Part shown: one piece after another, positions 26,708 through 37,019 of the stretch | Layout of the letters: the number at the start of each line of letters is the position of its first letter | Numbering within the stretch: position 1 is the first letter of the stretch | Sequence record: MK373782.1 | Strand: one strand, 5' to 3' | Origin: Escherichia phage vB_EcoM_KAW3E185 | Length of the DNA stretch: 64,000 nucleotides | Position numbers and translations under genes: made by a program | Notes under the pieces: generated by a model | The model's database searches: none | What the model saw: the letters and a program-made list of their open reading frames with translations, nothing else | Told to the model about the DNA's origin: nothing

Positions 26708-27876
26708 TCCGGGTACCTCAAAGCGTCATCAGAGTTAGTTATATCAATAATAGATATAGAGTTTTCTGCTAACCCGTTTTTAGATAATTGACGTTTATAA
26801 TATCTTTCACAATATGTACACGTCGTCCCGCAGATTTCATTAGCACAATCGAAATCTGGATGTCTGAACCACCTTTTTTCTAAAAAGCCATCTAACAAAG
26901 AGGTTTCAATATTTACTGTATGTGAAAACTCAGTTTCGTTTTCAAGAGTGAAAATAGTCTCTAAAGGCTTCCACAGTTCTAACAAATTACCTTCAAACTT
27001 TTCAGAAGCGTATGCTTCAAGAACTTTCAAAATGTAGTCTGTGCTACCTGTACGTCCTGAAACTTTGAATTGAGTGATACCAATATCATTATAAAGTTTC
27101 AAATCTTGAGGACGAACAAAACGAGTTCTCAACCAGTTAAATGGGTCTGTATCACGAGCTTTAATACAGTGCTGCATAGGATATCCGTTTAAGGATTTAG
27201 CATCATCAGCTGTAACATCAGTACTATGGAAAATATAGCAAGAGTCACGATAGCTACAATGTGTTGTATACCCTTTACCAGCATTAGAACAGAACTCATT
27301 TACAAGAACTTCAAATATTATATTGTTCTTATTGCAAAACTCTGCTGCACGCTTCAGGAAAGAAACTGAACGGTTCTTATGAATTCCGCAACAGACCTTT
27401 TTGATGTTATATTGGTCATGCAAGTATTTGATTTGAGTTACAGCATCGACATGTAGAATTGTTGAAACTTCAATCTCAATATCTTTATTGACTTCACGAA
27501 CAATTTCCATAACAACAGGGTTAGCGATAGTAATACGCCATACGCCTATTGACCAAAGATACTGAACATAATCCTGAATAGCTTTCTTCTTCCACTCAAC
27601 TAGTTCTCTTTTTGAACCAGGATTTATCGTGTTGAGTGTATAGTTAAAGCAAATACCTAATTCGTTACAACGTTTAACGTAGTCTTCTAACATTTTTTTG
27701 TCAACGTCAGGAAGCCTAAAATCAGGTCTGGCTGCTACAAAAGCCATTTCTCTTGTAGAGCCGTATACTTCATTTATCAAGCTATTAGGATAAGTTTTAT
27801 TGAGCTCTACGATTTTATCAAGAAGAGCTAAATCAAAATTCGTTCCGATTTTAAAAGTATTCATTTTTTTTTGCAT
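26704..27876 (-). CDS. Cys-rich enzyme-like protein of unknown function (390 aa)
   Basis: Clustered Cys (CSYRDSC, CANEICGTTCTYC); part of the cassette between genes 42 and 43. Confidence 0.5.
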   Translation of the reverse strand: MQKKMNTFKIGTNFDLALLDKIVELNKTYPNSLINEVYGSTREMAFVAARPDFRLPDVDKKMLEDYVKRCNELGICFNYTLNTINPGSKRELVEWKKKAIQDYVQYLWSIGVWRITIANPVVMEIVREVNKDIEIEVSTILHVDAVTQIKYLHDQYNIKKVCCGIHKNRSVSFLKRAAEFCNKNNIIFEVLVNEFCSNAGKGYTTHCSYRDSCYIFHSTDVTADDAKSLNGYPMQHCIKARDTDPFNWLRTRFVRPQDLKLYNDIGITQFKVSGRTGSTDYILKVLEAYASEKFEGNLLELWKPLETIFTLENETEFSHTVNIETSLLDGFLEKRWFRHPDFDCANEICGTTCTYCERYYKRQLSKNGLAENSISIIDITNSDDALRYPE

Positions 27877-27922
27877 CTCACGTTAATTGATGCGATGGTT
27901 TTTGCAGGTCTTACTTAAATTA

Positions 27923-28324
27923 TTATAGATTCGGTTTATATGATTTAAATGTTTCGAATTCGCCTTTATTCATAAGAGCTTTGAATTCGTCAGGACGCAT
28001 AGCTTTGTCGTCGATAATCCAATCATATACTGGTTTATGTGTTAGCAAATTATGGTACTTCAAGCCAATGTTTGCCAAGTTCTGAATCAGACTTGGGAGA
28101 ATGTCAATTGCTATACGACCAGGACCTACTGACTTCATACCACGAGCAGTGTAAAGCGTTATGGTATGCCCTGCATCATACAGGGCATTAATGGCAGACA
28201 CCATTTCGACGTCTGGTTTGAAGTTCACGTAATCACGATTGTTATTCCATTCCGTGATGCAATCATCGACATCAAAACAAAGATTAAGCATGTTTTCTAC
28301 ACGGTGCATTAGATTCGTTCCCAT
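27923..28324 (-). CDS. small DxD-motif protein, possibly HAD-like phosphatase (133 aa)
   Basis: N-terminal LCFDVDDCIT resembles HAD motif I; assignment tentative because the protein is short for a HAD core. Confidence 0.35.
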   Translation of the reverse strand: MGTNLMHRVENMLNLCFDVDDCITEWNNNRDYVNFKPDVEMVSAINALYDAGHTITLYTARGMKSVGPGRIAIDILPSLIQNLANIGLKYHNLLTHKPVYDWIIDDKAMRPDEFKALMNKGEFETFKSYKPNL

Positions 28325-29994
28325 TGATGAGTGATATCGCCACCGATTGGACGATAAGAAACACCAGTTTCTTTATCAGTTAGTACCCATTTACCAGGAT
28401 TTTTTGTAATCAGAGTAGCCGTTACAGGTTCTGCTACGTCATAACTAATAGAGCCGTCCTGAAGTACACGGCCCATGTTACGTAATTGCTTAGTCAGAAG
28501 TTCCATACCTTTATAATATGCGGCTACCGCTTTAAGTGGATTATTCTTGAAATAACCACCTAATGCAATCCAGATAATTGCCACTGCCAAATGATGATAC
28601 TCGTTAAACGAACTCATCTTTCCATATTTGTAAACTAATGGATTGATGTTAATAGTCACATTACAAGTTGTTTCATCAATAGTAAACTGTCCCCAGGTCG
28701 GATTAGCATTGAATTCATCATAACCTGAAACAGCGTAAAGCACTTTAGCTTCATCATACAATTTTGGCCCGTAAATCTTGGTTTCGCCAAAATATCCACG
28801 AGGGTCGATAAACTTGACTTCGCCGTTATCAGTAATCATAGTATTACTGAAGTTCGGGTCGCCATGAATAACAGAGTACTGTCCCTGAGAACGGTTATGA
28901 TAACGAATAAGGTGTTCTAAAGCTTGTTTCAGCATTGGCTTCAGACGTCCAATCTTAGTGTAGTTCACATGTGTGATTTTACCAAATGAATCAATCAATG
29001 GTTGAATGCTTTCACAACGATCAATAACTTTCGTATAGAATTCTTTAGTGAAATCACGACGAACAGTTTCAGGACTTACAAAATAAGTGTCTGTGCTGAA
29101 TTTCAGTGCATCTAAAATTGCATCAACAATTTGTGGACGAGCAAGACTTGATTTGGATTTAATATATTCAAATGCCGGCTTACCTTTAATGCGTTCCATT
29201 TCAAAGTTATTTTCATTAACAGAAACTAACTGAGGAACTGAATCCGATTTCACTTTAAGATACCATGAAATCTCATCTTTCTGAAGAGCTCGACCCTGTT
29301 CGGTTAATGCGAATTTAGTTACAGTTTCTTCACCAATTTCAACTGCATTAAAACTACGATTAAGTTCACGAACTTCATGAGCCTTTTCAAGTTTAGGCAT
29401 ATCACCTAAATCAATTAGATTCATAAGCTCTGATTTATTGAATGCGCTGCCGTAAAGGAATTCTACGAAATCACGTCCTTTGCAGTATTCATGAATTTCC
29501 TCATCAGTAGAACCCATGTAGAATTCCCAGTCTTTGAACTGGTAAATTCCCACAACATTACCGCCTGTTTCACCTACATTAGTGATATTTTCACCATCGA
29601 AATTATACCGACATTCATCACCCTTAACATAGATTGCGTTAACATTCCAAGACCATGAACCAAAATCGGGAATAATATCACACCAGTTAACAATTACGTT
29701 ATGGCCGTCTAAATCTTTGTGTAATTTAGCAAGAGCATAAGCAGAACCGTATGCTTCATCAACTGTACGAATAGTCACATTGAACCCTTCTTGCTCACAA
29801 TAAGCTCGAACAGTTTCAGCAAATTTTGAATGAACTACTACGATAATTTCATCTGCGCCAAGGTCAGAATAAATTGTATACAAATTGCTCAGAATAGTGT
29901 CTTGTTTATAGTTAACAAGCACCTTAGGAATATGATGCGTTATTGGATATAAACGAGTTGCCAGTCCAGCACCAAGAATAACAGCTTTTTTCAT
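28309..29994 (-). CDS. bifunctional sugar-1-phosphate nucleotidylyltransferase / APH-fold sugar kinase (561 aa)
   Basis: N-terminal KKAVILGAGLATRLYPIT...PKVL nucleotidyltransferase signature; C-terminal HGDPNFSN...FIDPRG kinase motifs. Confidence 0.6.
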   Translation of the reverse strand: MKKAVILGAGLATRLYPITHHIPKVLVNYKQDTILSNLYTIYSDLGADEIIVVVHSKFAETVRAYCEQEGFNVTIRTVDEAYGSAYALAKLHKDLDGHNVIVNWCDIIPDFGSWSWNVNAIYVKGDECRYNFDGENITNVGETGGNVVGIYQFKDWEFYMGSTDEEIHEYCKGRDFVEFLYGSAFNKSELMNLIDLGDMPKLEKAHEVRELNRSFNAVEIGEETVTKFALTEQGRALQKDEISWYLKVKSDSVPQLVSVNENNFEMERIKGKPAFEYIKSKSSLARPQIVDAILDALKFSTDTYFVSPETVRRDFTKEFYTKVIDRCESIQPLIDSFGKITHVNYTKIGRLKPMLKQALEHLIRYHNRSQGQYSVIHGDPNFSNTMITDNGEVKFIDPRGYFGETKIYGPKLYDEAKVLYAVSGYDEFNANPTWGQFTIDETTCNVTININPLVYKYGKMSSFNEYHHLAVAIIWIALGGYFKNNPLKAVAAYYKGMELLTKQLRNMGRVLQDGSISYDVAEPVTATLITKNPGKWVLTDKETGVSYRPIGGDITHQWERI

Positions 29995-30035
29995 GTTGAA
30001 GTCCTCATTGGTAAGTAGGAGTATTGTACACTATT

Positions 30036-30179
30036 CTAGTTAAAGCATTCATACTTTGCTTGTAGTCCAATCATAATCCATCCAATTACAAGTGTTGGAA
30101 TCATTACCGGAGCCGTTAAGCTCCAGTAGATAGTCATGACAAGCATCAATAGTAAAAGTCCTATTGTTATTGCTTTCAT
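30036..30179 (-). CDS. small hydrophobic protein (47 aa)
   Basis: Not in ORF track; hand translation MKAITIGLLLLMLVMTIYWSLTAPVMIPTLVIGWIMIGLQAKYECFN; ATG overlaps the SIS gene stop as ATGA. Confidence 0.35.
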   Translation of the reverse strand: MKAITIGLLLLMLVMTIYWSLTAPVMIPTLVIGWIMIGLQAKYECFN

Positions 30180-30811
30180 TGTTCGCCTCGTAACATGGCA
30201 CCTAGTGCACCGCCTGGATGGAACTTAAGGAAGTCATTAGAGGTAAATCCACGTTCAGACGAAAGGTTGATAGCAAACGTATCGATAAGCGCTAACAACA
30301 ATGTAGTGGACATAGTCGGAGCCAGAGAATTCTCATCAACCTCTACCGCGATGCCGGTGCAGAACGTATAATCAAAAAGAGCTTCGTATTCTTGTGGAAT
30401 GTCAGGGTTACAATGTAACAGAATCTGTTTAACCTGAGGACGAATCATACGAAGATGTTTAGCAACACCTATCATTTCTTCAGTCTTACCAGAACGACTG
30501 ATGTGGACTAATACATCATTAGGTGCAATAAATCCTGCGTCACCATGAGAATAATGCCCGGTATTCAAATACATGCTAGGAATACCTAGTGAAGCAAAAG
30601 TCTCGGAAGCTTTAGTTGCGATATTAGCATTCTTACCAACACCTGTAATAATTACCCGGCTTTCATAATTACTAAGTCCAGGGCGTCGAAGAGTTTCTAG
30701 AATAGCATTATAACGAGCAGGGTTTTGACTAATTACTTTAGCCATAGTGGCAAGAGATGAAGCTTGTTTTACGATTGCGTCAATAGCGATAGTGATTGGT
30801 GTAGTTTTCAT
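30176..30811 (-). CDS. SIS-domain sugar-phosphate isomerase, KdsD-like (arabinose-5-phosphate isomerase-like), 211 aa
   Basis: ITGVGKNANIATK...HGDAGF...HISRSGKTEE...FHPGGALG parallel KdsD/GutQ SIS motifs; no CBS domains. Confidence 0.65.
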   Translation of the reverse strand: MKTTPITIAIDAIVKQASSLATMAKVISQNPARYNAILETLRRPGLSNYESRVIITGVGKNANIATKASETFASLGIPSMYLNTGHYSHGDAGFIAPNDVLVHISRSGKTEEMIGVAKHLRMIRPQVKQILLHCNPDIPQEYEALFDYTFCTGIAVEVDENSLAPTMSTTLLLALIDTFAINLSSERGFTSNDFLKFHPGGALGAMLRGEQ

Positions 30812-30851
30812 ATTTCTCTCATTTAATTAGTTGGCCGTCCTTGGCATTATA

Positions 30852-33563
30852 TCAAAAATCAAACATATCGAACAGAGATGCTTTCTTCTCGTAATCGAGT
30901 TTAGCTGCTGATGTGAATCCTTCAAGTGGTTTAATAAATGTCTTCTCAAGGAGAACAGTGTAGTCCATCCAATGAAGTACATCGTCTTTAATTAAATCTG
31001 TGATTTCAGTACCAGAAGGCCATGCGATACATTTATCACCGAATGGGTTTCCTTCACGTAAAGGCAGAACATATACTTTTTCACCTTCTACAACTTGTGG
31101 TGCATCAATATTACCTTTGATAGCTCGGTTATATGTCAGAATTCCACGAATATGGAACGGACATTTAGGACCAGGGAATCCACCTACGTCATATTTAGCA
31201 ATGTTATTCGCAGAAGATACCGACGCGATGCTAATATAATTCAATTGACGGAATTCTTTTTCAAACTCTTTAAAATATTCTTGTAATGATTCTTCACCTT
31301 CTTGAAGCATACGACGAATACATTCTTTAAGAGCTTTCTGTACTGCTTTAGGAGTCGAAGATTTCTGAGTCTCTAGACCCATGATTTTGAGTTTAGGCTC
31401 AGCGTAACGAGTACCTTCCATATCCCACACGTTTAATGCATAACGTTTCTTACCAGTCCAAAATCCGCCAATACCTTTAGAACCAAGCGGAGGCCCAGCG
31501 ATAGCTTCTCGGTCCATGAACATTAAGTGTTGTTTATTGTTCATGTATTCACACATTTCACGGAAACCTCTATCAATAGCAGGTTCCATACGTTCACGAG
31601 CGAACTTATCTAAGAAGTCTACCCAATGGTTGGTATCACGGAATTTAGATTCACCAACCTTATCGATAATTTTATCAGCAGATACGTAAATAGAGTCTGT
31701 ATCACCATAAAGAACGAAAGCTTCACCTTCTGTACCACAAACTTCATTCAGGTATTCATTAACTTTACGTTCAATCCACTGTAAAGCCATTTGCCCGAAT
31801 GTTGTGATTGCAGTAGCATTACGCAAATCATAATAACGGAACCAAACGTTTCCAAGTGCACCATAAAGTGAGTTGATAAGCAATTTACGGTTAATTTGGG
31901 CAGTCATACCTGCAACTTCAGTACGTTGAGCTCTAAACAACATTTCATTAAGAGATTTAGCAGACAACTTTTTAATCTTTTCTTTAATCTCGTCAGTGAA
32001 GTCAAAACGATAATCAACATCTAATGGTTCGTCAACAGAAAGATTAGGATTATGCAATGCCTCTTTAATTATTTCACCATTACGTTGAGCTGCAAGCATA
32101 TAACCTTTATGTTCTTTACGTTGATTAAAGACCTTAGTGATTTCAGTTGGAACTACACCATCACGGTCTTTATAATACATCATGCCGTTAGGAGAACAAC
32201 TGTACACATCTGAAGGACGTTCAGCGATTGCGTTAATATAATCATGCAATGGAGCTACTTTAAACGTTCCTGCTATTGTTTCCGGGCTAATATTCACTTG
32301 GCGAATAATACTTGGATACAGAGATGTAAGGTCGAAACTCATTACATATTTGTATCGATTTGGAATAGGTTCCTTAACAAAAGCGCCAGGATAAGGTTGA
32401 ACCGGGTGAGAACGACCTTGTGGAATCACCTTGTTTTGTTCTTTAAGGCTATTAAAAATAATAGCATCCCAAGTTTTAATTGGACTGAACACAGATTGAA
32501 TCTGAATTTTAGCATAATAACCCATGTCCAAACTCAAGTTGATGAACTGACGCTTAGCATCAATTTGCAATACACGATACACGTCGATAATGTTATAAGA
32601 AATATATCGTTGGTGATTGCTTTCACGAAGCTTAGAAATAGGGCCGTCATATTTCAGTTTACCAACGTTCAATTCAAATTCTGAAATGTAATCCAGAGAA
32701 TACGACGGTTGGTTCGTGAAAGAGAACTTTTTGTAAAGGTCAATGTAATCAAGAACAGAGATACCGAACAATGTAATGATTTCACGAGAACCATACATGT
32801 TTTCGATAACTTTAACACGAGTTTTACGATGTGGTGATAAACGTTTCGCAGTAGATTCGCCAAAAATATTCTTGATTCGGTTATACACATATGGAATATC
32901 AAATGACTCAACGTTCCATCCAGTCAAAATGACAGGAGTTTTCTGTTGCCAGAAGTTGAGATATTCCATCAACAATTCTTTTTCGTTATCGAACGGCATA
33001 TAAATGATTTTATCGATAATTTCGGATGGAACTTCATCACCACCTTGTTCTTGAAGCTTAGCCGCAATTTCGATAGACCATTCTTCTACATTACCATATG
33101 GAGAATTCAATAGATCAAATACGTAGAACCTGTCGTCAATTGAGTCATAATGGGTGATAGCATCAATCGGATGTTTTGCTTGTGACGGCTCAGGGAACCC
33201 ATCCGGAGATGTTACTTCGATGTCGAAGTTAGCCACACGAATTTTTGTATGGTCGTATTTGATTTCATAGTTATAAGTGTCAGACAAATACGCCAATTTG
33301 AAATCGTCCATGCCAAGTGCTTCAAGTCCGATATCTTCCATGCGTTTAATCCATTGGGAGGCATCACGCATATTAGCGAACAACTTACGAGTACACGGCT
33401 TACCGTAGATATCGAAATATTTCGTAGCCTGACTTTCTGGACAATGAGCAAACAGTGATGGTTTATATTCTACTTCACGAGTACGTTCACGGCCATTAGA
33501 ATCGATGTAACGTTCAAAAATTGAATCACCAATCTGTTCAACCGTTAAGTAAAATTCTTTCAT
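30852..33563 (-). CDS. 43: DNA polymerase gp43 (family B), 903 aa
   Basis: N-terminus MKEFYLTVEQIGDSIFERYIDSNGRERTREVEYKPSLFAHCPESQ matches RB69 gp43 as I recall it; exo and pol motifs present. Confidence 0.95.
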   Translation of the reverse strand: MKEFYLTVEQIGDSIFERYIDSNGRERTREVEYKPSLFAHCPESQATKYFDIYGKPCTRKLFANMRDASQWIKRMEDIGLEALGMDDFKLAYLSDTYNYEIKYDHTKIRVANFDIEVTSPDGFPEPSQAKHPIDAITHYDSIDDRFYVFDLLNSPYGNVEEWSIEIAAKLQEQGGDEVPSEIIDKIIYMPFDNEKELLMEYLNFWQQKTPVILTGWNVESFDIPYVYNRIKNIFGESTAKRLSPHRKTRVKVIENMYGSREIITLFGISVLDYIDLYKKFSFTNQPSYSLDYISEFELNVGKLKYDGPISKLRESNHQRYISYNIIDVYRVLQIDAKRQFINLSLDMGYYAKIQIQSVFSPIKTWDAIIFNSLKEQNKVIPQGRSHPVQPYPGAFVKEPIPNRYKYVMSFDLTSLYPSIIRQVNISPETIAGTFKVAPLHDYINAIAERPSDVYSCSPNGMMYYKDRDGVVPTEITKVFNQRKEHKGYMLAAQRNGEIIKEALHNPNLSVDEPLDVDYRFDFTDEIKEKIKKLSAKSLNEMLFRAQRTEVAGMTAQINRKLLINSLYGALGNVWFRYYDLRNATAITTFGQMALQWIERKVNEYLNEVCGTEGEAFVLYGDTDSIYVSADKIIDKVGESKFRDTNHWVDFLDKFARERMEPAIDRGFREMCEYMNNKQHLMFMDREAIAGPPLGSKGIGGFWTGKKRYALNVWDMEGTRYAEPKLKIMGLETQKSSTPKAVQKALKECIRRMLQEGEESLQEYFKEFEKEFRQLNYISIASVSSANNIAKYDVGGFPGPKCPFHIRGILTYNRAIKGNIDAPQVVEGEKVYVLPLREGNPFGDKCIAWPSGTEITDLIKDDVLHWMDYTVLLEKTFIKPLEGFTSAAKLDYEKKASLFDMFDF

Positions 33564-33591
33564 TTAATTTCCTTTAGACGAGTTATTGTCT
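33564..33591 (-). promoter_or_regulatory. gene 43 translational operator: hairpin AGAC-AAUAACUC-GUCU next to Shine-Dalgarno AAGGAAA
   Basis: Hairpin with AAUAACUC loop directly 5' of the gene 43 RBS, as described for T4/RB69 gp43 autoregulation. Confidence 0.55.
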
Positions 33592-33622
33592 TTTGTTTGT
33601 TGATGAACTTATTATACTCCAA

Positions 33623-33640
33623 ATGGGACCGAAGTCCCAT
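33623..33640 (-). other. RNA hairpin atgggac-UUCG-gtcccat after regA
   Basis: Perfect 7-bp stem with UUCG loop a few nt after the regA stop; coordinates approximate. Confidence 0.45.
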
Positions 33641-33644
33641 TGCT

Positions 33645-34013
33645 TTAATTACCAATTGTATATTTTGCTTTCAAAGTCCAGTCATCTTTCTGTTTAAAAG
33701 AGATAACACGGAAGTTATTAGTCAGGCCAAACAGATCTTCACGAGCAGAGTCTTCAATAACAATCAATCCCCAGTCTTCAAGCAACTGGGCAATCGAATC
33801 ACGTCGCTGATAGTCTTCACCGTTAATATCAACCTGACGTCCATCCATACGCAACATTTCTTTAAAGTGGACGATGTAGTATTTACCTTGCTTTTGGAGG
33901 ATATGACAGGACTGATAAAGAACTTTATCCTTGTTATTAGCGATGCCCATACGGGTCAAAGTCTCTTTGACTTTCAGAAAATCTTCGGGGTTCTTCAATT
34001 TAATTTCAATCAT
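33645..34013 (-). CDS. regA: translational repressor RegA
   Basis: MIEIKLKNPEDFLKVKETLTRMGIANNKDKVLYQSCHIL matches T4 RegA as I recall it; start chosen at Met4. Confidence 0.85.
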   Translation of the reverse strand: MIEIKLKNPEDFLKVKETLTRMGIANNKDKVLYQSCHILQKQGKYYIVHFKEMLRMDGRQVDINGEDYQRRDSIAQLLEDWGLIVIEDSAREDLFGLTNNFRVISFKQKDDWTLKAKYTIGN

Positions 34014-34015
34014 TT

Positions 34016-34579
34016 TTACCATTCCAATGCTAATTTTTTAAATTGTTTTTGTTCTTTTACATTTTTTGTAACTTCTTTGAGAAACTCATCAGTGACCATG
34101 GCCTTCAGTTCTTTAAGGACTATTGGCAACTTGTTATTTTTTTCAAGGAGCCGCTTATACTCGGTAGCATCATTCATGTTGATTGTGTAACGTTTCATCA
34201 ACAGTTTGATAACTAGTAACTCTGAAGTGTCTTCGACTAGTTTAGCCCATTTAGAGAATCGACGACCACGTGGAATTGCCGCCATCATATAGTTGAAGTG
34301 CGCTTCATCACTTAATTCAGAACCGACTAAGTTCATCATGTAAACAGCTGGCATACATTCCGGGAACTGGGATAATGAGTTCTCAACCATAAATTTTGAG
34401 TAGTCGACCTGAGCAATTGACATAGATTTCTTTTCATTAATAGCATTAATGATTTTAAAGAATTCATTCTCAGGTTTTTCTTTAAACATGTCAGCACATT
34501 TTTGAATCGCATCAGCGTCATTAGACTTCCATGCAATTTGGTGCTCGTTAAGTTGGACGTCATCATCAAATAAGTTCAT
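34016..34579 (-). CDS. 62: clamp loader small subunit gp62 (187 aa)
   Basis: Position between regA and 44; size as T4 gp62. Confidence 0.75.
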   Translation of the reverse strand: MNLFDDDVQLNEHQIAWKSNDADAIQKCADMFKEKPENEFFKIINAINEKKSMSIAQVDYSKFMVENSLSQFPECMPAVYMMNLVGSELSDEAHFNYMMAAIPRGRRFSKWAKLVEDTSELLVIKLLMKRYTINMNDATEYKRLLEKNNKLPIVLKELKAMVTDEFLKEVTKNVKEQKQFKKLALEW

Positions 34580-34580
34580 A

Positions 34581-35543
34581 TTATTTCCAAGACAGTTCGC
34601 AGGTCAGTTGAAGAAGCATATACATAACATGTAATTCAATATTACTTGCTAATCCATGAAACTTATTATTTTCGCCTGCAATTTCATAAAGCGAAATAAT
34701 ACTTTTACCTGGCGCAACTTTGTCATAACACTCAGAAACTAATTTATCGATGAACCATGAATAATCTGCGGCATATTTTGGAGCTAATGCACGAAGCTGT
34801 TTGATATCTTTGTTCTTCATTGCTTCGATAACATCATCTACCGTGCCACGATCATTGGTTACAATCGACAAAATACCTGCATCAAGAACACCTTTAGACG
34901 AGTACTGGTCTAATTGACCAATTGTACGTCGAAAGTCTGGGAAGTTCTTTTTAACCAGAGCTGCAACAACTTTCATATCAGCGATTTCGATATTTTCGTT
35001 CTTACAGATTTCAACCATGCGATGAATCATTTTCTTCATCATTGAGATTTTATCTTCTTCGGTTGGACGTCCGAATTCGATAACTCGACAACGACTACGT
35101 AACGGTTCGATAATTCCATCGATGTTGTTGGCAGTAATAATAATAGAACAGTTACTAGAGAATTCTTCCATGAATGTACGAAGGTGACGTTGTGATTCAG
35201 CGAGGCCACTACGGTCAAATTCATCAATAACAATAACTTTAGGCTTGCCTTCCATTGAGACTGAACGAGCGAATGCAGTTAATGGACCACGCACAAAATC
35301 AATCTTACAATCAGAACCGTTGACGAACATCATTTCGGCATTGATATCATTACATAATGCTTTTGCTACGGTTGTTTTACCGGTACCAGGAGATGGAGAG
35401 TGTAAAATAATATGAGGAAGTTTTCCTTTAGATACTAAAGACTTGAATGTTTCATGGTCATACGCAGGCAGAATACATTCGTCAATGGAAGAAGGACGAT
35501 ATTTCTGTTCTAGAATGTGTTCTTTGGAATTGATAGTAATCAT
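34581..35543 (-). CDS. 44: clamp loader ATPase subunit gp44 (320 aa)
   Basis: AAA+ motifs [10 protein letters not shown] and VIVIDEFDR; position. Confidence 0.85.
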   Translation of the reverse strand: MITINSKEHILEQKYRPSSIDECILPAYDHETFKSLVSKGKLPHIILHSPSPGTGKTTVAKALCNDINAEMMFVNGSDCKIDFVRGPLTAFARSVSMEGKPKVIVIDEFDRSGLAESQRHLRTFMEEFSSNCSIIITANNIDGIIEPLRSRCRVIEFGRPTEEDKISMMKKMIHRMVEICKNENIEIADMKVVAALVKKNFPDFRRTIGQLDQYSSKGVLDAGILSIVTNDRGTVDDVIEAMKNKDIKQLRALAPKYAADYSWFIDKLVSECYDKVAPGKSIISLYEIAGENNKFHGLASNIELHVMYMLLQLTCELSWK

Positions 35544-35568
35544 GTAATTTTCCTCATTATCATTAAAC

Positions 35569-35586
35569 TGGAGGATTTCTCCTCCA
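35569..35586 (-). other. RNA hairpin tggagga-GAAA-tcctcca between genes 45 and 44
   Basis: 7-bp stem with GNRA loop on minus transcript in the 45-44 intergenic region; coordinates approximate. Confidence 0.4.
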
Positions 35587-35618
35587 TAATCGTATCACAA
35601 TAAACGTAAAGCTTTGAC

Positions 35619-36305
35619 TTAGAAGTCGTGAGTAGAATCGGCTTCCATCGCAATAACATAACTTACTTGAGAGCTTTCAAACTTGGCTGCAACTTTATCA
35701 CCAGCTCCCCACAACATTACTTTATAGTTACCTGGCTGGATTTTCATATTAGCCATATTGATTACGAAGTTAAAGTTGTTAGAACCATCATAATCGGTAA
35801 GAGTCAAAGAATACTTAGGACGAGTTAGTCCGGAATCTTCAACTTTATTATAGCCATTGATAACAATTTTACCATCTTTATTTGTAATAGCAATTGTATC
35901 AATCTGAAGACCACGTGAAACTCGAAGCAATTGTTGAAGGTCTTCAGCTTTAATTTCAGTAATCACAGAAGCCACTGGGAATTGAATTGGCTTATTAGGA
36001 AAAACAATGGTGCTCTTGTCGGCAGCAGGCCAATAAACTGTGGAACGTGTATCTGCAATTTTAATATTGCCATCAGTATGCATTGAAATTTCGGCATCAT
36101 CAGACACTAGACTCAAAATGCTTAAGAAGCTATTCAAATCATAAAGTGCTACGTCAAAATCAATTTCATCAGAGATATTTGCTTCCGCATAAGTGGTGCC
36201 ATTAACTGCACGAGTCATAATAAATTTACCTTGACTCAGCAGAATGCCAGAGTTAATAGAGGCAAAGTTTTTCAGAATAGCGATAGTATCTTTAGACAGT
36301 TTCAT
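35619..36305 (-). CDS. 45: sliding clamp gp45 (228 aa)
   Basis: MKLSKDTIAILKNFASINSGI...EADSTHDF matches T4 gp45 as I recall it; start chosen at Met6. Confidence 0.85.
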   Translation of the reverse strand: MKLSKDTIAILKNFASINSGILLSQGKFIMTRAVNGTTYAEANISDEIDFDVALYDLNSFLSILSLVSDDAEISMHTDGNIKIADTRSTVYWPAADKSTIVFPNKPIQFPVASVITEIKAEDLQQLLRVSRGLQIDTIAITNKDGKIVINGYNKVEDSGLTRPKYSLTLTDYDGSNNFNFVINMANMKIQPGNYKVMLWGAGDKVAAKFESSQVSYVIAMEADSTHDF

Positions 36306-36347
36306 TTTATTTCCTTTCAAGACAATTCAAAGTTTATAACAAATTTA

Positions 36348-36764
36348 TTATGCAGCAACCATCTGCTTTTTAATAGCTTCAGGCAGTGATTCAATATATT
36401 CTGGAATTTTAGAAGCAACAATTTCGCCAGCTGCAATTAGTTGTTCGTCGGCATCAACACAGTAAAAATCTTCAAGGCGTTCAGAACCGTCTTTATCAAG
36501 AACGATTTTAGCACCTGCTTCGATAGAATCTTTATAGTGCTTACGCATCAAATGAATCCACATATCAGACACATCGTTATCAATAAAACCATAAATCATA
36601 AAACGAGTTTCTTGTGGCAAAGATTGGAGTTTTTTAGCACTTGCGTCATCACAATGCAGGACCCATGCTTTACGAACACGATTATGGTTATGCGGGTTAG
36701 CGTCAGTACGGATAGAAGTAACTTTCAGATCAGCAGCGGTAAAACCTTTAGCAGTAGTAAACAT
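36348..36764 (-). CDS. hypothetical protein (138 aa) at the rpbA position
   Basis: Positional only. Confidence 0.45.
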   Translation of the reverse strand: MFTTAKGFTAADLKVTSIRTDANPHNHNRVRKAWVLHCDDASAKKLQSLPQETRFMIYGFIDNDVSDMWIHLMRKHYKDSIEAGAKIVLDKDGSERLEDFYCVDADEQLIAAGEIVASKIPEYIESLPEAIKKQMVAA

Positions 36765-36776
36765 ATTATTTCTCTC

Positions 36777-36977
36777 TTATTCGTAGAAGTCGGTAACTGT
36801 CCATGCGGAATTGCGATTAGACATTATTTTATTATACTCATCTTTAAAAGCAGATTTGAGCATTTGTTCAGTGACAATATGTTCTTCACCTGAAAACGTA
36901 TTGGTCAAAACATATTTTTTAATTTCAGGGACAACGAGAAGATGTTGTCCAGTTGAATACTCCATGTTGTTCTCCAT
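36777..36977 (-). CDS. small hypothetical protein (66 aa)
   Basis: ORF on gene strand between the clamp gene and gene 46. Confidence 0.4.
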   Translation of the reverse strand: MENNMEYSTGQHLLVVPEIKKYVLTNTFSGEEHIVTEQMLKSAFKDEYNKIMSNRNSAWTVTDFYE

Positions 36978-37019
36978 TTAATTTGATGTGGTCATTATAA
37001 CCACATCGTGTTAAAGCGT

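Noticed and set aside
26704-27876. Assignment of the 390-aa Cys-rich protein to the U32 peptidase / Fe-S hydroxylase family
   Set aside because: Only a loose resemblance of one Cys-containing segment to the U32 signature; not enough to assert without a profile search.
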